Part shown: piece by piece, positions 40,199 to 49,814 of the stretch
Layout of the letters: each line of letters opens with the position of its first letter
Position numbering within the stretch: position 1 is the stretch's first letter
Origin: an uncultured Haloferula sp.
GTDB lineage: Bacteria > Verrucomicrobiota > Verrucomicrobiia > Verrucomicrobiales > Akkermansiaceae
DNA: 64,000 bases
Assembly: GCA_965652295.1 (NCBI GenBank)
Contig: CBFGTS010000006.1
Span: 160,001 to 224,000 of the forward strand
Direction of reading: 5' to 3'
Made by a program: the position numbers and the translations under genes
Notes under the pieces: model-generated
The model's input: only the letters and a program-made list of their open reading frames with translations
Told to the model about the DNA's origin: nothing
Databases searched by the model: none

Positions 40199-41719
40199 TC
40201 ACATCAATGTCGCGCCCGCCTCGGCCAGCTCGGAACGCTCGCCGCGGCTCAGCGGAACGTGCGCCACGAAGGGCTGACCTTTGAGACGATTGCGCGTGTA
40301 GACGAGACCGTTGCTACGGCTGTCGACGTAGGGATGGTCGATCTGCGCCGGGTCGCCGACCATCACCAGCTTCGAGCCGCGCGACATCCGCGTGACGACC
40401 GTCTTCGCCTCCTGCGGCGTGAGCTGCTGGGCTTCGTCGAGCACGAAGAAACGGTTCGGGATCGAGCGACCGCGGATGTAGGCCAGGGCCTCGATTTCAA
40501 TGATCCCCTGCTCAAGCAAAACTTCGTAGGGCTTCTTGCCGCCGGAGTCGGTCTGCTTCTGCTTGCGGCGCGGTCCGGCCGGGCTCGGGGGGCACATCAG
40601 CAGTTCCAGAGCATCATGGATCGGCTGAAGCCACGGCCGCATCTTTTCCTCCAGGGTGCCGGGCAGGAAACCGAGCTGTTCGCCCATCGCGACCACCGGA
40701 CGGCTCACCGTCAGGCCGTTGTATTTCCGATTGAACATCTCGTGCAGTCCCGCCGCCACCGCGATCAGCGTTTTGCCCGTGCCGGCGTGGCCGTAGCACG
40801 TCACCAGCGAGACCTCCGGGTTGAGCAAGGCATCGATGAGGCAACGTTGCCCGAGGTTCATCGGTTTCAGCGCGATGCCATCCGGGATCTTCAGCGCGTC
40901 GGGCACCTGCAAACGCACCAGCCGCCCCTCGCTCGCCAGGCGCGCCGGCATGGTTTGCTTCTCCCCGGCTTCCAGCAGCACATACTGGTTGAGCACCACC
41001 TCGAACCGACGCTCGTGGGGAACCACCAGCTCGCCCGAACTCGCGAAACGTTGCAGCTCCGAGGGATCCACCTCGATACGGCGGATGTCGTAGGTCGAGA
41101 CCTCCCGCGGGTCCACCTTGTCATTGAGATAATCCTCGCACTCGATGCCTACCGCCCGCGCCTTGAGTTGGAGGTTGATGTCCTTGGTCACCAACACCAC
41201 CGGCGCGGTGTTATGCTGCATCAACAGCAGTGTGGCGGCCATGATCCGGTGATCGACCCGCTCGCGATCGGGGAACACCCGGTGGAAATGATTCAACATC
41301 TCCGAGTTCTTCGGACAACTGAGCGGATCATAGATCACCATCCGCAAGGTCCCGCCACCTTCCGTGGGCACCCCGGTCGTGATCGCGTCCGAGCTCGAGA
41401 AAAGCTCCGTCAACCTCCGATGCACCCGGCGGGCGTTGGCACCGCGCTCCGATTGCTCGGACTTGAAACGGTCGAGCTCCGCCAGCACGTCCACGGGAAT
41501 GCAGATATGGTTCTCCTTGAAACGGCTGAGACAGCCCGGATCGTGAATCAGGACATTGGTGTCCAGGACGAAATTCTTCACCACCTGTGATGGAGCCCGC
41601 AGGCCGAACTCCATCGCATCGGAGATGAGCTTCGCCGTTCTCTTCCGCGCCGCGCCTCCCGGTTTGCCGTTTGTTTCAGCGAAGAGATTGCTTTGGGAGT
41701 CGTCGACCGGCTGGATCAT
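40199..41719 (-). CDS. PIN-domain PhoH family ATPase (PhoH2/YlaK-like)
   Basis: VLDTNVL, ELDRFK, VTKDINL; GHAGTGKT, GFLPGTLEEK, YIRGRSI, LDEAQ, GDPAQID. Confidence 0.92.
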   Translation of the reverse strand: MIQPVDDSQSNLFAETNGKPGGAARKRTAKLISDAMEFGLRAPSQVVKNFVLDTNVLIHDPGCLSRFKENHICIPVDVLAELDRFKSEQSERGANARRVHRRLTELFSSSDAITTGVPTEGGGTLRMVIYDPLSCPKNSEMLNHFHRVFPDRERVDHRIMAATLLLMQHNTAPVVLVTKDINLQLKARAVGIECEDYLNDKVDPREVSTYDIRRIEVDPSELQRFASSGELVVPHERRFEVVLNQYVLLEAGEKQTMPARLASEGRLVRLQVPDALKIPDGIALKPMNLGQRCLIDALLNPEVSLVTCYGHAGTGKTLIAVAAGLHEMFNRKYNGLTVSRPVVAMGEQLGFLPGTLEEKMRPWLQPIHDALELLMCPPSPAGPRRKQKQTDSGGKKPYEVLLEQGIIEIEALAYIRGRSIPNRFFVLDEAQQLTPQEAKTVVTRMSRGSKLVMVGDPAQIDHPYVDSRSNGLVYTRNRLKGQPFVAHVPLSRGERSELAEAGATLM

Positions 41720-42009
41720 CGGATCAAGGTGTTGGGGTTGGATGGGTGGCGGTGAAGCTGGGACGAACGCCCGGACCGCCTCCGGGCTTCGCCAATCCGC
41801 AACAGTGCGGAACGGTTGAAAACAATATATTCAAGCCATCCGAAGTATTGCCGGCGCGCGCCGGAAGGCAACCAAATTCGGCTTTCAGTTCGTTCACTGG
41901 ATTTCCCTTGAGCATGGCGGATGCCAGACGTTGCGATGACGCTTGTCATCCGACCACCCGCGTCGAAAAGCCTGCGTCGGGAAGCTTTGCGACGGCCGAA
42001 CTCGGGTAC

Positions 42010-43095
42010 CTATCGTACCTCGGCGGATCCGGCGGCGAGCCGGCGGGCTTCACGGCGGTCCGGCTTGCCCAGCGGCGTGCGCGGGAGAACGGGCACCCGC
42101 ACCATGCGTCCGATCTTCCATGGGCCTGCCACCGTGGCATTATGCACGGCCAGCTTCTGATTTGCATCCCCGCCAGCCGTTACGAGAACCAGCTCCCGGC
42201 CATTCCTGGGATGGGGCACATCCACGACCATGCTGTCCACCCCGAAAACCCGCTCGAGTTCGTCGAGGTCGACCAGCTCGCCGAGAACCTTTACGCAGCG
42301 GTCGGCCCGCCCGATGACCGAAATCGCCGAGCCGGTGATGCAGACCCGGTCGGAGGTGGTGAACGGCCCGGGAGCCCGCGGAATGAAGCGACAACCCGTT
42401 TCCCCGCCTTCGAGCACCCCGGCGAAAAGCGAGGGACCCTCAATTTCCAGCCGTCCCCCCTCGCCAATGCCGGCCCGCCAATGAGGAAGGATTTCGATCG
42501 GCTCCGGCACGTACGGAGATCCCAGTAGTTCCGGCGGTTGGGTGGCGATCTGTGACGCCGCCTCGGTCATGCCGTAGCTGGCCAGAACCGGCCATCCGAG
42601 TTCACGAGCCGCGTTCCCCAATTCCCCGGAAAGCGCTCCCCCACCCACCACCACGGTCCGCAAGGCGGGCGGTGCCGGAAGCCGGGCGACCACAAGATCG
42701 TGAACCTGCGTGGGCACCAGCGGGCAATGGGCCACGTCTTCCGTCCTCATCCAGGCCACCGCAGCGACGGGATCCCACCGGCCGTTCAGGCGCGTGATTC
42801 CGCAGCCCGCTTCGAACGCACGGGCCACCACTCCGAATCCGCCGACGTGATGAAGCGGCAGCGCCAGGCCCCAGATTTCTCCGTCCTTCACACCCAGATG
42901 CCGGTTGACCACCGCAGCGGAAACCAACAACGCCTCGCGGGAAAGCCCGATCCATTTCGGCTCGCCGGTAGACCCGGACGTCCGGAAATAAACCAATCCC
43001 GGAAGCCCGCCTTCCACCTCCGGAAGCTCGCTGCCCGGAGCGATGGGGCGGTCCGAAACCCAGAACGCCGGGTCGGTCAGGAGAGCTTCTTCCAT
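42010..43095 (-). CDS. menE: o-succinylbenzoate-CoA ligase (short form)
   Basis: TSGSTGEPK, LPLHHVGG, SYGMTE, GRAD, PRTPLGK; adjacent to menC. Confidence 0.85.
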   Translation of the reverse strand: MEEALLTDPAFWVSDRPIAPGSELPEVEGGLPGLVYFRTSGSTGEPKWIGLSREALLVSAAVVNRHLGVKDGEIWGLALPLHHVGGFGVVARAFEAGCGITRLNGRWDPVAAVAWMRTEDVAHCPLVPTQVHDLVVARLPAPPALRTVVVGGGALSGELGNAARELGWPVLASYGMTEAASQIATQPPELLGSPYVPEPIEILPHWRAGIGEGGRLEIEGPSLFAGVLEGGETGCRFIPRAPGPFTTSDRVCITGSAISVIGRADRCVKVLGELVDLDELERVFGVDSMVVDVPHPRNGRELVLVTAGGDANQKLAVHNATVAGPWKIGRMVRVPVLPRTPLGKPDRREARRLAAGSAEVR

Positions 43096-44048
43096 GGCAG
43101 TCGTTCCAACAGGTCGTCGAAACCCAGGCCGGTTCCGCCCGGCGGCTTGAACTCCGGCGACCAGCGGCCGAGGCGTTCGGCGAAGTCGCTGGGCGTGAAA
43201 AGGTGATGCGTCTGCAAGCCGCACACCCCGACCAGCCCCGGAAACTGGACGTTCAACTTCGCCGCCTCCCAGGCCGCCGCGCACTGCCCGAGCGGGTGCT
43301 CCATCGAGCTGGTCACCACCACCTGCTGGCCCCGCGCAGCCGCGGCCTCGGCAAGGAGCCAGGGTTCATCCACGGCAGGCTTGATCACCATCACCTGAGC
43401 GGCCGCGGCCAGCGGAACCGCCTCGCGATCCACCGCCAGGGGCACCCGGCAGCGGCTCTTCAGCTCGCGCCAAGTGGTTTCGGAATACGGACATGGATCT
43501 TCCACGAAATCAATCTTCCACCTCAGCGCCTCCGGCAACCCTAGTAGGAAATCGGTCGCCTGCGCCGGGTCGAAGCTTTCGTTGGCATCCAACCGCCATC
43601 GCAAGCCAGGGTGCTTGTCCGCCGACTTCATCAGGTACTCGGCTTCCGCCGCGGGATCCCGGCCGATCTTCATCTTGATCCGCGTGAAGCCCTTTTCCAC
43701 GGCGCTGTCCAGAATCCGTTCGTCCTGCCACGGGAGGGTCGCGTGGCTCGGCGGGATGTCGATTTCCTCCAGCAATGGATCACCGATAAAGCGGGCATCG
43801 GCATCCTCCTTCGCGCAGCGGACCGCGCGACGCACGATCACCCGCCGGCGGTCTCCTGCAAGGTCGTCGAGGCATTTCGCCAGCGTCGGATCACCGAACT
43901 CCGGCCATGGATGCAGGCAGGCGAAGCCTTCGCCGACGCGAACCAGCGCGCCCTCGAACTCGCGGCGGGTCGTCTTCGAGTTCACCGGCTGCCGGGCTGC
44001 CAGCGTGTATTTCCAATACCAGAGATCCTCGGACACGTGCGGAACCAT
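43077..44048 (-). CDS. menC: o-succinylbenzoate synthase
   Basis: HPWPEFGD, IKMKIG, RLDANE, VEDP, AVD, VIKP (enolase superfamily); men context. Confidence 0.85.
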   Translation of the reverse strand: MVPHVSEDLWYWKYTLAARQPVNSKTTRREFEGALVRVGEGFACLHPWPEFGDPTLAKCLDDLAGDRRRVIVRRAVRCAKEDADARFIGDPLLEEIDIPPSHATLPWQDERILDSAVEKGFTRIKMKIGRDPAAEAEYLMKSADKHPGLRWRLDANESFDPAQATDFLLGLPEALRWKIDFVEDPCPYSETTWRELKSRCRVPLAVDREAVPLAAAAQVMVIKPAVDEPWLLAEAAAARGQQVVVTSSMEHPLGQCAAAWEAAKLNVQFPGLVGVCGLQTHHLFTPSDFAERLGRWSPEFKPPGGTGLGFDDLLERLPWKKLS

Positions 44049-44225
44049 GCCCTCGTCGGCAGGATTTCCAAATGCAAAGCGGCGGGCAGGATGTTTCCCT
44101 TCCTTATGACGGACTCCTCTCCAGCGAACGGGCGTTTGAGCTTGCCTCAGAGGAGGCTTTTGGAGTGTGTTGCGGAGAGCCTTTTCTCCGGGAAAGGCCA
44201 TCAACCCAACCCCAACCAACCCAAA

Positions 44226-45179
44226 ATGAAGACCCATCCCTTGATGTGGCCGCTGATCTGCGGCTCCATTGCCGGCAGCCTGCACGCAAGCACCGTGGCC
44301 TACTGGCGATTTGAAGAAGGCCCCGCGGGAGCGAACGTGGATCGCAACGGCCAAGCCGACGGCACCTACTACGGCGCGATCGCCGATCACTCCGGCAACG
44401 GCTACAACCTCTCGGTGTGGTCCGACGGCGGCGGTGCCGGCTACGCCTACCGTTCGTCGGTGGCTGGTCCCATCGTAGACGGCCAGGCAAACAACCTGAG
44501 CGTGCAGAACACCGGCGGTTCTCCGGCGATGTGGACGGAAACAGGCTCCTCGCTGCAGACGATGACGTTTCCGCAGTTTACGATCGAGGCGACCTTCAAG
44601 CTCGAAAACGGGACCCACCGTACCATCGTGGGTCGCGACTCGTTTGGCGCCTCCACCACCAATTCCCAACTCTCCGCGCTTTACTTCCAGGCCCTGCCCA
44701 ACAACGGCCTGGCCATCAAGTTCGGCGATGAAGACGGGTTCTGGCACGAAGCCGTTTCGGCCGACAACGCTTTCACGAGCTTCGACTTCGGCACCGATCC
44801 GAATGGCGACAACGCCCCTTGGTACAGTATGGCCGGAGTCAGTGACGGCTCGACGCTTTCGCTCTACCTGCGGGACATCGATGCAGGCGGTGGCTGGAGC
44901 CTGCTCGCCAGCACCGATTTGACCGCCAGTGGCAGCACCAACACCGCTTTGACCAATGGAGCAGGCGATGGAGGCGACTGGGACGCGGGCAACTTCTCGC
45001 TCGGCCGCGGCCTCTACAACAGCGGTCACGGCGATCGCGCCTGGGGCTTCATCGACGAGGTCCGGATTTCCGACACGGCGCTCGATACGTCCGAATTTTT
45101 GGCGGTGGTGCCGGAGCCAAGTACTGTGGCCCTCGGACTTCTCGGCGGCCTTGCCCTGCTGCGCCGGCGGCGTGACTGA
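44226..45179 (+). CDS. LamG-like jelly-roll protein with PEP-CTERM sorting signal
   Basis: Signal peptide; VAYWRFEEG, FTIEA, GFIDEVRISDTAL; C-terminal VPEPSTVALGLLGGLALLRRRR. Confidence 0.92.
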   Translation: MKTHPLMWPLICGSIAGSLHASTVAYWRFEEGPAGANVDRNGQADGTYYGAIADHSGNGYNLSVWSDGGGAGYAYRSSVAGPIVDGQANNLSVQNTGGSPAMWTETGSSLQTMTFPQFTIEATFKLENGTHRTIVGRDSFGASTTNSQLSALYFQALPNNGLAIKFGDEDGFWHEAVSADNAFTSFDFGTDPNGDNAPWYSMAGVSDGSTLSLYLRDIDAGGGWSLLASTDLTASGSTNTALTNGAGDGGDWDAGNFSLGRGLYNSGHGDRAWGFIDEVRISDTALDTSEFLAVVPEPSTVALGLLGGLALLRRRRD

Positions 45180-45201
45180 CCAGCCTTTTCTTCGACTTCA
45201 G

Positions 45202-45236
45202 AACGGCCCGGGATTCATCGCCCGGGCCGTTTTTTG
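45202..45236 (+). terminator. Intrinsic terminator
   Basis: aacggcccggg-attcatcg-cccgggccgtt followed by a T run. Confidence 0.85.
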
Positions 45237-45261
45237 TACTCCGCAAATCGTAAGCCCACCC

Positions 45262-46137
45262 TCAGAAGGCCACTGCGCAGAGATGGAACAACGCCGCAAA
45301 CGCGACCAACTGAAGGGCGGCGAGTGCGAGCAGGCGGTTCATTCCCGGGCCCTCGTCCATCGACATCGCTCCCCAACTGATCCTCAGACCGAGTGTCCAC
45401 AGCGGCAAGGTGGCGATGAACAGCCACGGCAGGCCGAAGAAGACCCACACGATCCCCAGCAAGGCCGGAATTTTCACCTCCGCCCAGACCATCAGCCGCG
45501 CGAACTTCGGCCCGAAGCGAACAGCCAGCGTGTGCTTGCCGGTGCCCGCGTCCTCCACCCGGTCACGCAGGTTGTTGATGGAGATGAGCACCGCGGAGAG
45601 CAGTCCCACCTGAGCACCGAGCAGCAGCGCCTCCGGCCGCCATTCGCGGAGCTGCACGAAAACCGTTCCGGTCACCGCGACCACGCCGAAGAACAGGATC
45701 ACGAACAGCTCGCCCATGCCCCGATAGGCCAGAGGGAACGGTCCGCCGGTGTAGCCATAGGCGAGATACATCGACACCGCCCCGATCGCCAGAATCGGCC
45801 ATCCGGCGGCGAGGAACAGCGGAACCCCGAACAGGGCCGCAAGCAGCAGAAAGACCCCACCGCAGATCATGACCGCACGCGGCGACATCAGCCCGCTGGC
45901 CGTCACCCGCCGCGGACCGGTACGGCGATCGGTATCCGCCCCCTTGGCGGAATCGATCGCGTCATTGAAAAAATTCGTCGCAATCTGGATACAAACCGCT
46001 CCGAGCAGCGTGCAGACGCCGAGCAACGGACTCCAGGTTTCCTCCAGCTTCCAGGCAAGCACACAGCCGGCCCAGACCGGAACGACGGCGGCGGGCAGGG
46101 TCTTCGGACGCGTGGCGAGCAGGAAGGCTTTGATCAC
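45262..46137 (-). CDS. menA: 1,4-dihydroxy-2-naphthoate prenyltransferase
   Basis: RPKTL, NFFNDAID..KGAD, YTGGPFPLAY.G.GE, NNLRD..D...GK.TLAVR; GTG start. Confidence 0.93.
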   Translation of the reverse strand: MIKAFLLATRPKTLPAAVVPVWAGCVLAWKLEETWSPLLGVCTLLGAVCIQIATNFFNDAIDSAKGADTDRRTGPRRVTASGLMSPRAVMICGGVFLLLAALFGVPLFLAAGWPILAIGAVSMYLAYGYTGGPFPLAYRGMGELFVILFFGVVAVTGTVFVQLREWRPEALLLGAQVGLLSAVLISINNLRDRVEDAGTGKHTLAVRFGPKFARLMVWAEVKIPALLGIVWVFFGLPWLFIATLPLWTLGLRISWGAMSMDEGPGMNRLLALAALQLVAFAALFHLCAVAF

Positions 46138-46238
46138 GCGGGAGAGCAAAGGAACTGGCCGACGGTGCCGCCATCCAAAAAACGAGAACGGCCGCCCGGG
46201 AGATCCGGACGGCCGCGATGCGCAGGTCAAAAAAAGCG

Positions 46239-47957
46239 TCAGAATTCGTAGCCGACTTTGGCTCCGATGTAGTGGGACTCCGTGTTCTCACCCAGACGCG
46301 CTTCGTAGTCGACCACCACGTTGATGCCGCAGTTCTGATACCAGCCGACACCGACTCCAATGACCGCGAGGTCTTCGTCCAGACTGGCCAGCGGAACACC
46401 GCCGATGGTTCCTGGATCGTCTTCGAACTCGTGCTCCCATGCGGCGCGCACCTGGGGAACCAGTGTTCCGGAAGCCAGTTTCACCGGGTAGGACAGTTGA
46501 TACCCCAGCTGGGTGGCGAGCGACTCATAGGTTGCATCCTGGAAGGTCAGGGCTCCGGGACCGGTTTCGGTGTAGCCGTCGATTTCACCATCCAGCCAGC
46601 GGACCTGGCCGTACGGGCCATGGACGAGCGCACCGGTGGAAATGTTCAGGCCGGTGTTGAACTCAAGATGGTGGAAGTCGCCTTCCGTGTCACCGATCGC
46701 CCCACTGGGAATTCTCGTCGTCTCGTAATCGTTCATCCCATATGCATACAGCGCATCGGCGTAGAACATCATGTTCGAGCCGACGTCCTGACGGTACGAA
46801 ACGTAGGGGATCAAGGCGACCGTATCGATGTCGGCATTGCCGAGGTTCGTCATGTCAATATCCGTCCGGGCACTGCTGAGCGCGAAGCCCGCGGACCAGT
46901 TGGCGTTGAAGTCGTATTCGAATCCGATCATTCCGCCGAAGACATCGGTGGAAACCTCGTCCTGCAACAACTGGCGGAACAGCCCGTTGGCGGTGCTGAA
47001 GGTCCGGTACTGGGCATCGAAATCGTCCGAAGAATAAAAGATCTGACCATAAACCTCCCATGGGCAGGTCTCGGTCATCATGATCGGCTCCTTGGACATG
47101 CCTCCCTTTGCCATACCGCCCTTTGCCCCCGAGGGAGCTGGCTGGGTGTAGGTCACCGGCTCGGTGCGGACGCCGGAGCGGAGACGATAGAGACGGCTCC
47201 CCACATCACGGGTCACCGTCCGCGAAACCGCGAGCGAGGAAGTGCGGAGGGTGGAGCTGACCAACCGGCCTGCATCGGTGATTTCGAAACCGATCTCCCG
47301 ACCCAGCTTCGAAAGGATCGCCGCCTCGAAATCAGTAAACGTGTCCGCGGCCAGGGTGAAGGAACCGGTTCCGCCCTGGATGTTATCGATGAAATACTGT
47401 TCGAGCGTGGTGCTCCCATCGAGGATAGGAAGACCGTTGATGGCATCGATTCCTGCGGCAAGCGCGGCATCCCGCGATGCTGCATCGCTACTGGCGGAAC
47501 CACTGCCGTCGCCGGAAACGTCGATCACCTGACGGTTGCTGACGATGTTGTTGCCGAAGATTTCCTGAACCGCCAAGTCGATGCCGATGGCGGGATTGGT
47601 CCCTCCGGAACTCGGACGGGCGAAATTGTCGAGCAGATTGGCGAACGTCAGCGCATCCGAGGCGTTGTTCAGCACCGTCCACGGGATTCCCACGCCGGCC
47701 GAGCTGTCGAAATAGATGAGACTGACGGCCAACCCTCCCGAAAGCGACGAGTGAAGCTGCGAATTTCGAAATGCCTGCGCATAACCATCAAGCTGGAGAT
47801 CGAACTCCATACTGTCGATGCTTCCCGACGTATCGGTGACGAGAGCCAGCTCTAAACCGACCATGGTCTGCGCGCCAACACTGGCAGGCACGCTCGCTGC
47901 TACGAGCGCTCCGAAAAGCTTGGCGTAGCGAATAGGGGGTAAACTACTGCGTTTCAT
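46239..47957 (-). CDS. vWA-like (DUF1194-type) domain fused to autotransporter beta-barrel
   Basis: Signal peptide; LVTDTSGS (MIDAS), GGTN, VIDVSGDG, INGLPI; C-terminal barrel VPQVRAAWEHEF...VGYEF with terminal Phe. Confidence 0.85.
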   Translation of the reverse strand: MKRSSLPPIRYAKLFGALVAASVPASVGAQTMVGLELALVTDTSGSIDSMEFDLQLDGYAQAFRNSQLHSSLSGGLAVSLIYFDSSAGVGIPWTVLNNASDALTFANLLDNFARPSSGGTNPAIGIDLAVQEIFGNNIVSNRQVIDVSGDGSGSASSDAASRDAALAAGIDAINGLPILDGSTTLEQYFIDNIQGGTGSFTLAADTFTDFEAAILSKLGREIGFEITDAGRLVSSTLRTSSLAVSRTVTRDVGSRLYRLRSGVRTEPVTYTQPAPSGAKGGMAKGGMSKEPIMMTETCPWEVYGQIFYSSDDFDAQYRTFSTANGLFRQLLQDEVSTDVFGGMIGFEYDFNANWSAGFALSSARTDIDMTNLGNADIDTVALIPYVSYRQDVGSNMMFYADALYAYGMNDYETTRIPSGAIGDTEGDFHHLEFNTGLNISTGALVHGPYGQVRWLDGEIDGYTETGPGALTFQDATYESLATQLGYQLSYPVKLASGTLVPQVRAAWEHEFEDDPGTIGGVPLASLDEDLAVIGVGVGWYQNCGINVVVDYEARLGENTESHYIGAKVGYEF

Positions 47958-48089
47958 AATGTTTGAGGTTAATCAGGAGGAGGCCTTCCAGCCCTTTACT
48001 ACAATCCGTCTTTAAACAAAGAACCCCCATTCTAGACAAGAGCGAAATGCATTCTTAACGATTTCAGACAATACCGAGCCAAGAATATG

Positions 48090-48112
48090 CCCGTGATTAT
48101 TATTATCACGGG
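48090..48112. promoter_or_regulatory. Palindromic operator resembling a Fur-family 7-1-7 box
   Basis: cccgTGATTAT-T-ATTATCAcggg; core differs from TGATAATnATTATCA at one position. Confidence 0.55.
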
Positions 48113-48249
48113 ATCCTCCGGAATTTCGAAAGTCCGGGATGCGTCCGCCCGGGAAAGCCAAACGACCGCTCCGAGGATCACCTCGAAGCGGCCGCGGAAA
48201 GCTCCGGTTCAGTAACGCGTCAAAATATCCAACAGCTGCGCGCCGCCGT

Positions 48250-49065
48250 TCAGGGCACCCTGGGGAACTTCGAAAAGTCGGGCTTGCGCTTTTCGACGAA
48301 GGCGTTTTTCCCCTCCTTCGCCTCCTCGCTCATGTAGTAGAGCAGAGTGGCGTTTCCGGCGAGGTCGAGGAGACCCATCTGCCCGTCGCAGTCGGCGTTG
48401 AGGCACGCTTTGAGACAACGCAGCGCGAGCGGCGAGTGGGCGAGCATCTCGCGGCACCATTGAAGGGTTTCCGCTTCAAGTCTTTCGAGCGGCACCACGG
48501 TATTCACGAGTCCCATCTCCAAGGCTTGTTGGGCGTCGTACTGACGGCACAAATACCAAATCTCCCGAGCTTTTTTCTGACCGACGATCCGGGCCAGATA
48601 GCTGGAGCCCAGCCCACCATCGAAAGACCCCACCTTCGGTCCTGTCTGACCGAAGCGTGCGTTGTCGGCGGCGATGGTTAGGTCGCACACGACGTGCAGC
48701 ACATGACCGCCGCCGATGGCATAGCCCGCCACCATCGCCACCACCGGCTTGGGCATCTGGCGGATCTTCTTCTGGACGTCGAGGATGTTGAGGCGAGGCA
48801 CGCCGTCATCGCCGACGTAGCCGGCATGGCCGCGCACCTTCTGGTCACCGCCGGAGCAGAACGCCTTGTCGCCCTCGCCCGTCAGCACCACCACTCCGAC
48901 CTGCGGGTCCTCGTGCGCGAGTTCGAACGCGATGAGCATCTCCTTCACGGTCTGAGGCCGGAAGGCGTTGCGCACCTCCGGCCGATTGATGGTGATCTTG
49001 GCAATCTGCCCCTCATCCGTCGTCTCGTAGCGGATGTCCTCGAATTCACGCACTGCGGTCCACAT
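48250..49065 (-). CDS. menB: 1,4-dihydroxy-2-naphthoyl-CoA synthase
   Basis: [43 protein letters not shown]. Confidence 0.97.
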   Translation of the reverse strand: MWTAVREFEDIRYETTDEGQIAKITINRPEVRNAFRPQTVKEMLIAFELAHEDPQVGVVVLTGEGDKAFCSGGDQKVRGHAGYVGDDGVPRLNILDVQKKIRQMPKPVVAMVAGYAIGGGHVLHVVCDLTIAADNARFGQTGPKVGSFDGGLGSSYLARIVGQKKAREIWYLCRQYDAQQALEMGLVNTVVPLERLEAETLQWCREMLAHSPLALRCLKACLNADCDGQMGLLDLAGNATLLYYMSEEAKEGKNAFVEKRKPDFSKFPRVP

Positions 49066-49082
49066 GGTGGCCGGAGTGTGGC

Positions 49083-49814
49083 TTAGGAAACGGACCGCTC
49101 AAGGAATTCCCCCACGATGCGGGGAAAGTCCGCGCTCTCCCACGGCACGCGGTGGCCGGCTCCGGGGGCGATCCACGACTCGAAGCCGCCGCACGCCATC
49201 GCACGCGCGGCAAGCGTGCGGAACTTCGCGTCCTTTTCTCCCGCGACCCACAATACCGGGCATGCGATCTTTCCCAGCCGGTCCCACAGAGGCTCCTGCA
49301 CGCCCAGCGACCAGTCCATGAAACTCCGCGCCACCGCGCCGCGACGCGTTTCCAGCGGGCGGCGGTCCGGCATGGCGAGCCCTTCGTTCCCTTCACGCTT
49401 CAAAACACCCTGCCCATCCCATGCCTCCAGAAAATCCCGCCAGTCTCCCTTGAGCGCCTTCGCCGCCCATGCCGCATCGTGTTTCCGGCGGGCGGCCTTT
49501 TCCCGCTCCTCCTCCAGCCCGGCGTGGGCCGAAACGATCACCGCCGCATCCCACGGACCGCCCGCAAGCAGCGCATGCAGTGCCAGCCGTCCACCCATCG
49601 AGTAGCCGAGCAGAACATTCCGCGCTCCGCACTCCGCACTCCGCGCTCGTTCCGCCTCTTCGTTGAGCGCTCCGCCGAAAGCCGGCATCGACATCGGGCA
49701 GCAGTCGAGGAAACGCCAGAGATCGACCCGTTTCACCGCCCATCCCGGAACCGACAGCCCGCGCCAGTCCGCCGCCATCCCGACCGCTCCGTGCAGGCAC
49801 CAGATCGACTTCAT
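49083..49814 (-). CDS. menH: MenH-like alpha/beta hydrolase (SHCHC synthase)
   Basis: LHG, GYSMGGR, GEKDAKF, AGH; directly upstream of menB. Confidence 0.8.
   Translation of the reverse strand: MKSIWCLHGAVGMAADWRGLSVPGWAVKRVDLWRFLDCCPMSMPAFGGALNEEAERARSAECGARNVLLGYSMGGRLALHALLAGGPWDAAVIVSAHAGLEEEREKAARRKHDAAWAAKALKGDWRDFLEAWDGQGVLKREGNEGLAMPDRRPLETRRGAVARSFMDWSLGVQEPLWDRLGKIACPVLWVAGEKDAKFRTLAARAMACGGFESWIAPGAGHRVPWESADFPRIVGEFLERSVS
49618..49645. repeat. Heptamer tandem repeat (YTCCGCR x4) inside menH
   Basis: ttccgcg-ctccgca-ctccgca-ctccgcg. Confidence 0.65.

Noticed and set aside
43077..45029. Apparent 650-aa MenC and 522-aa PEP-CTERM ORFs overlapping each other
   Set aside because: Both are over-extended upstream; plausible starts at 44048 (-) and 44226 (+) give ordinary divergent genes.
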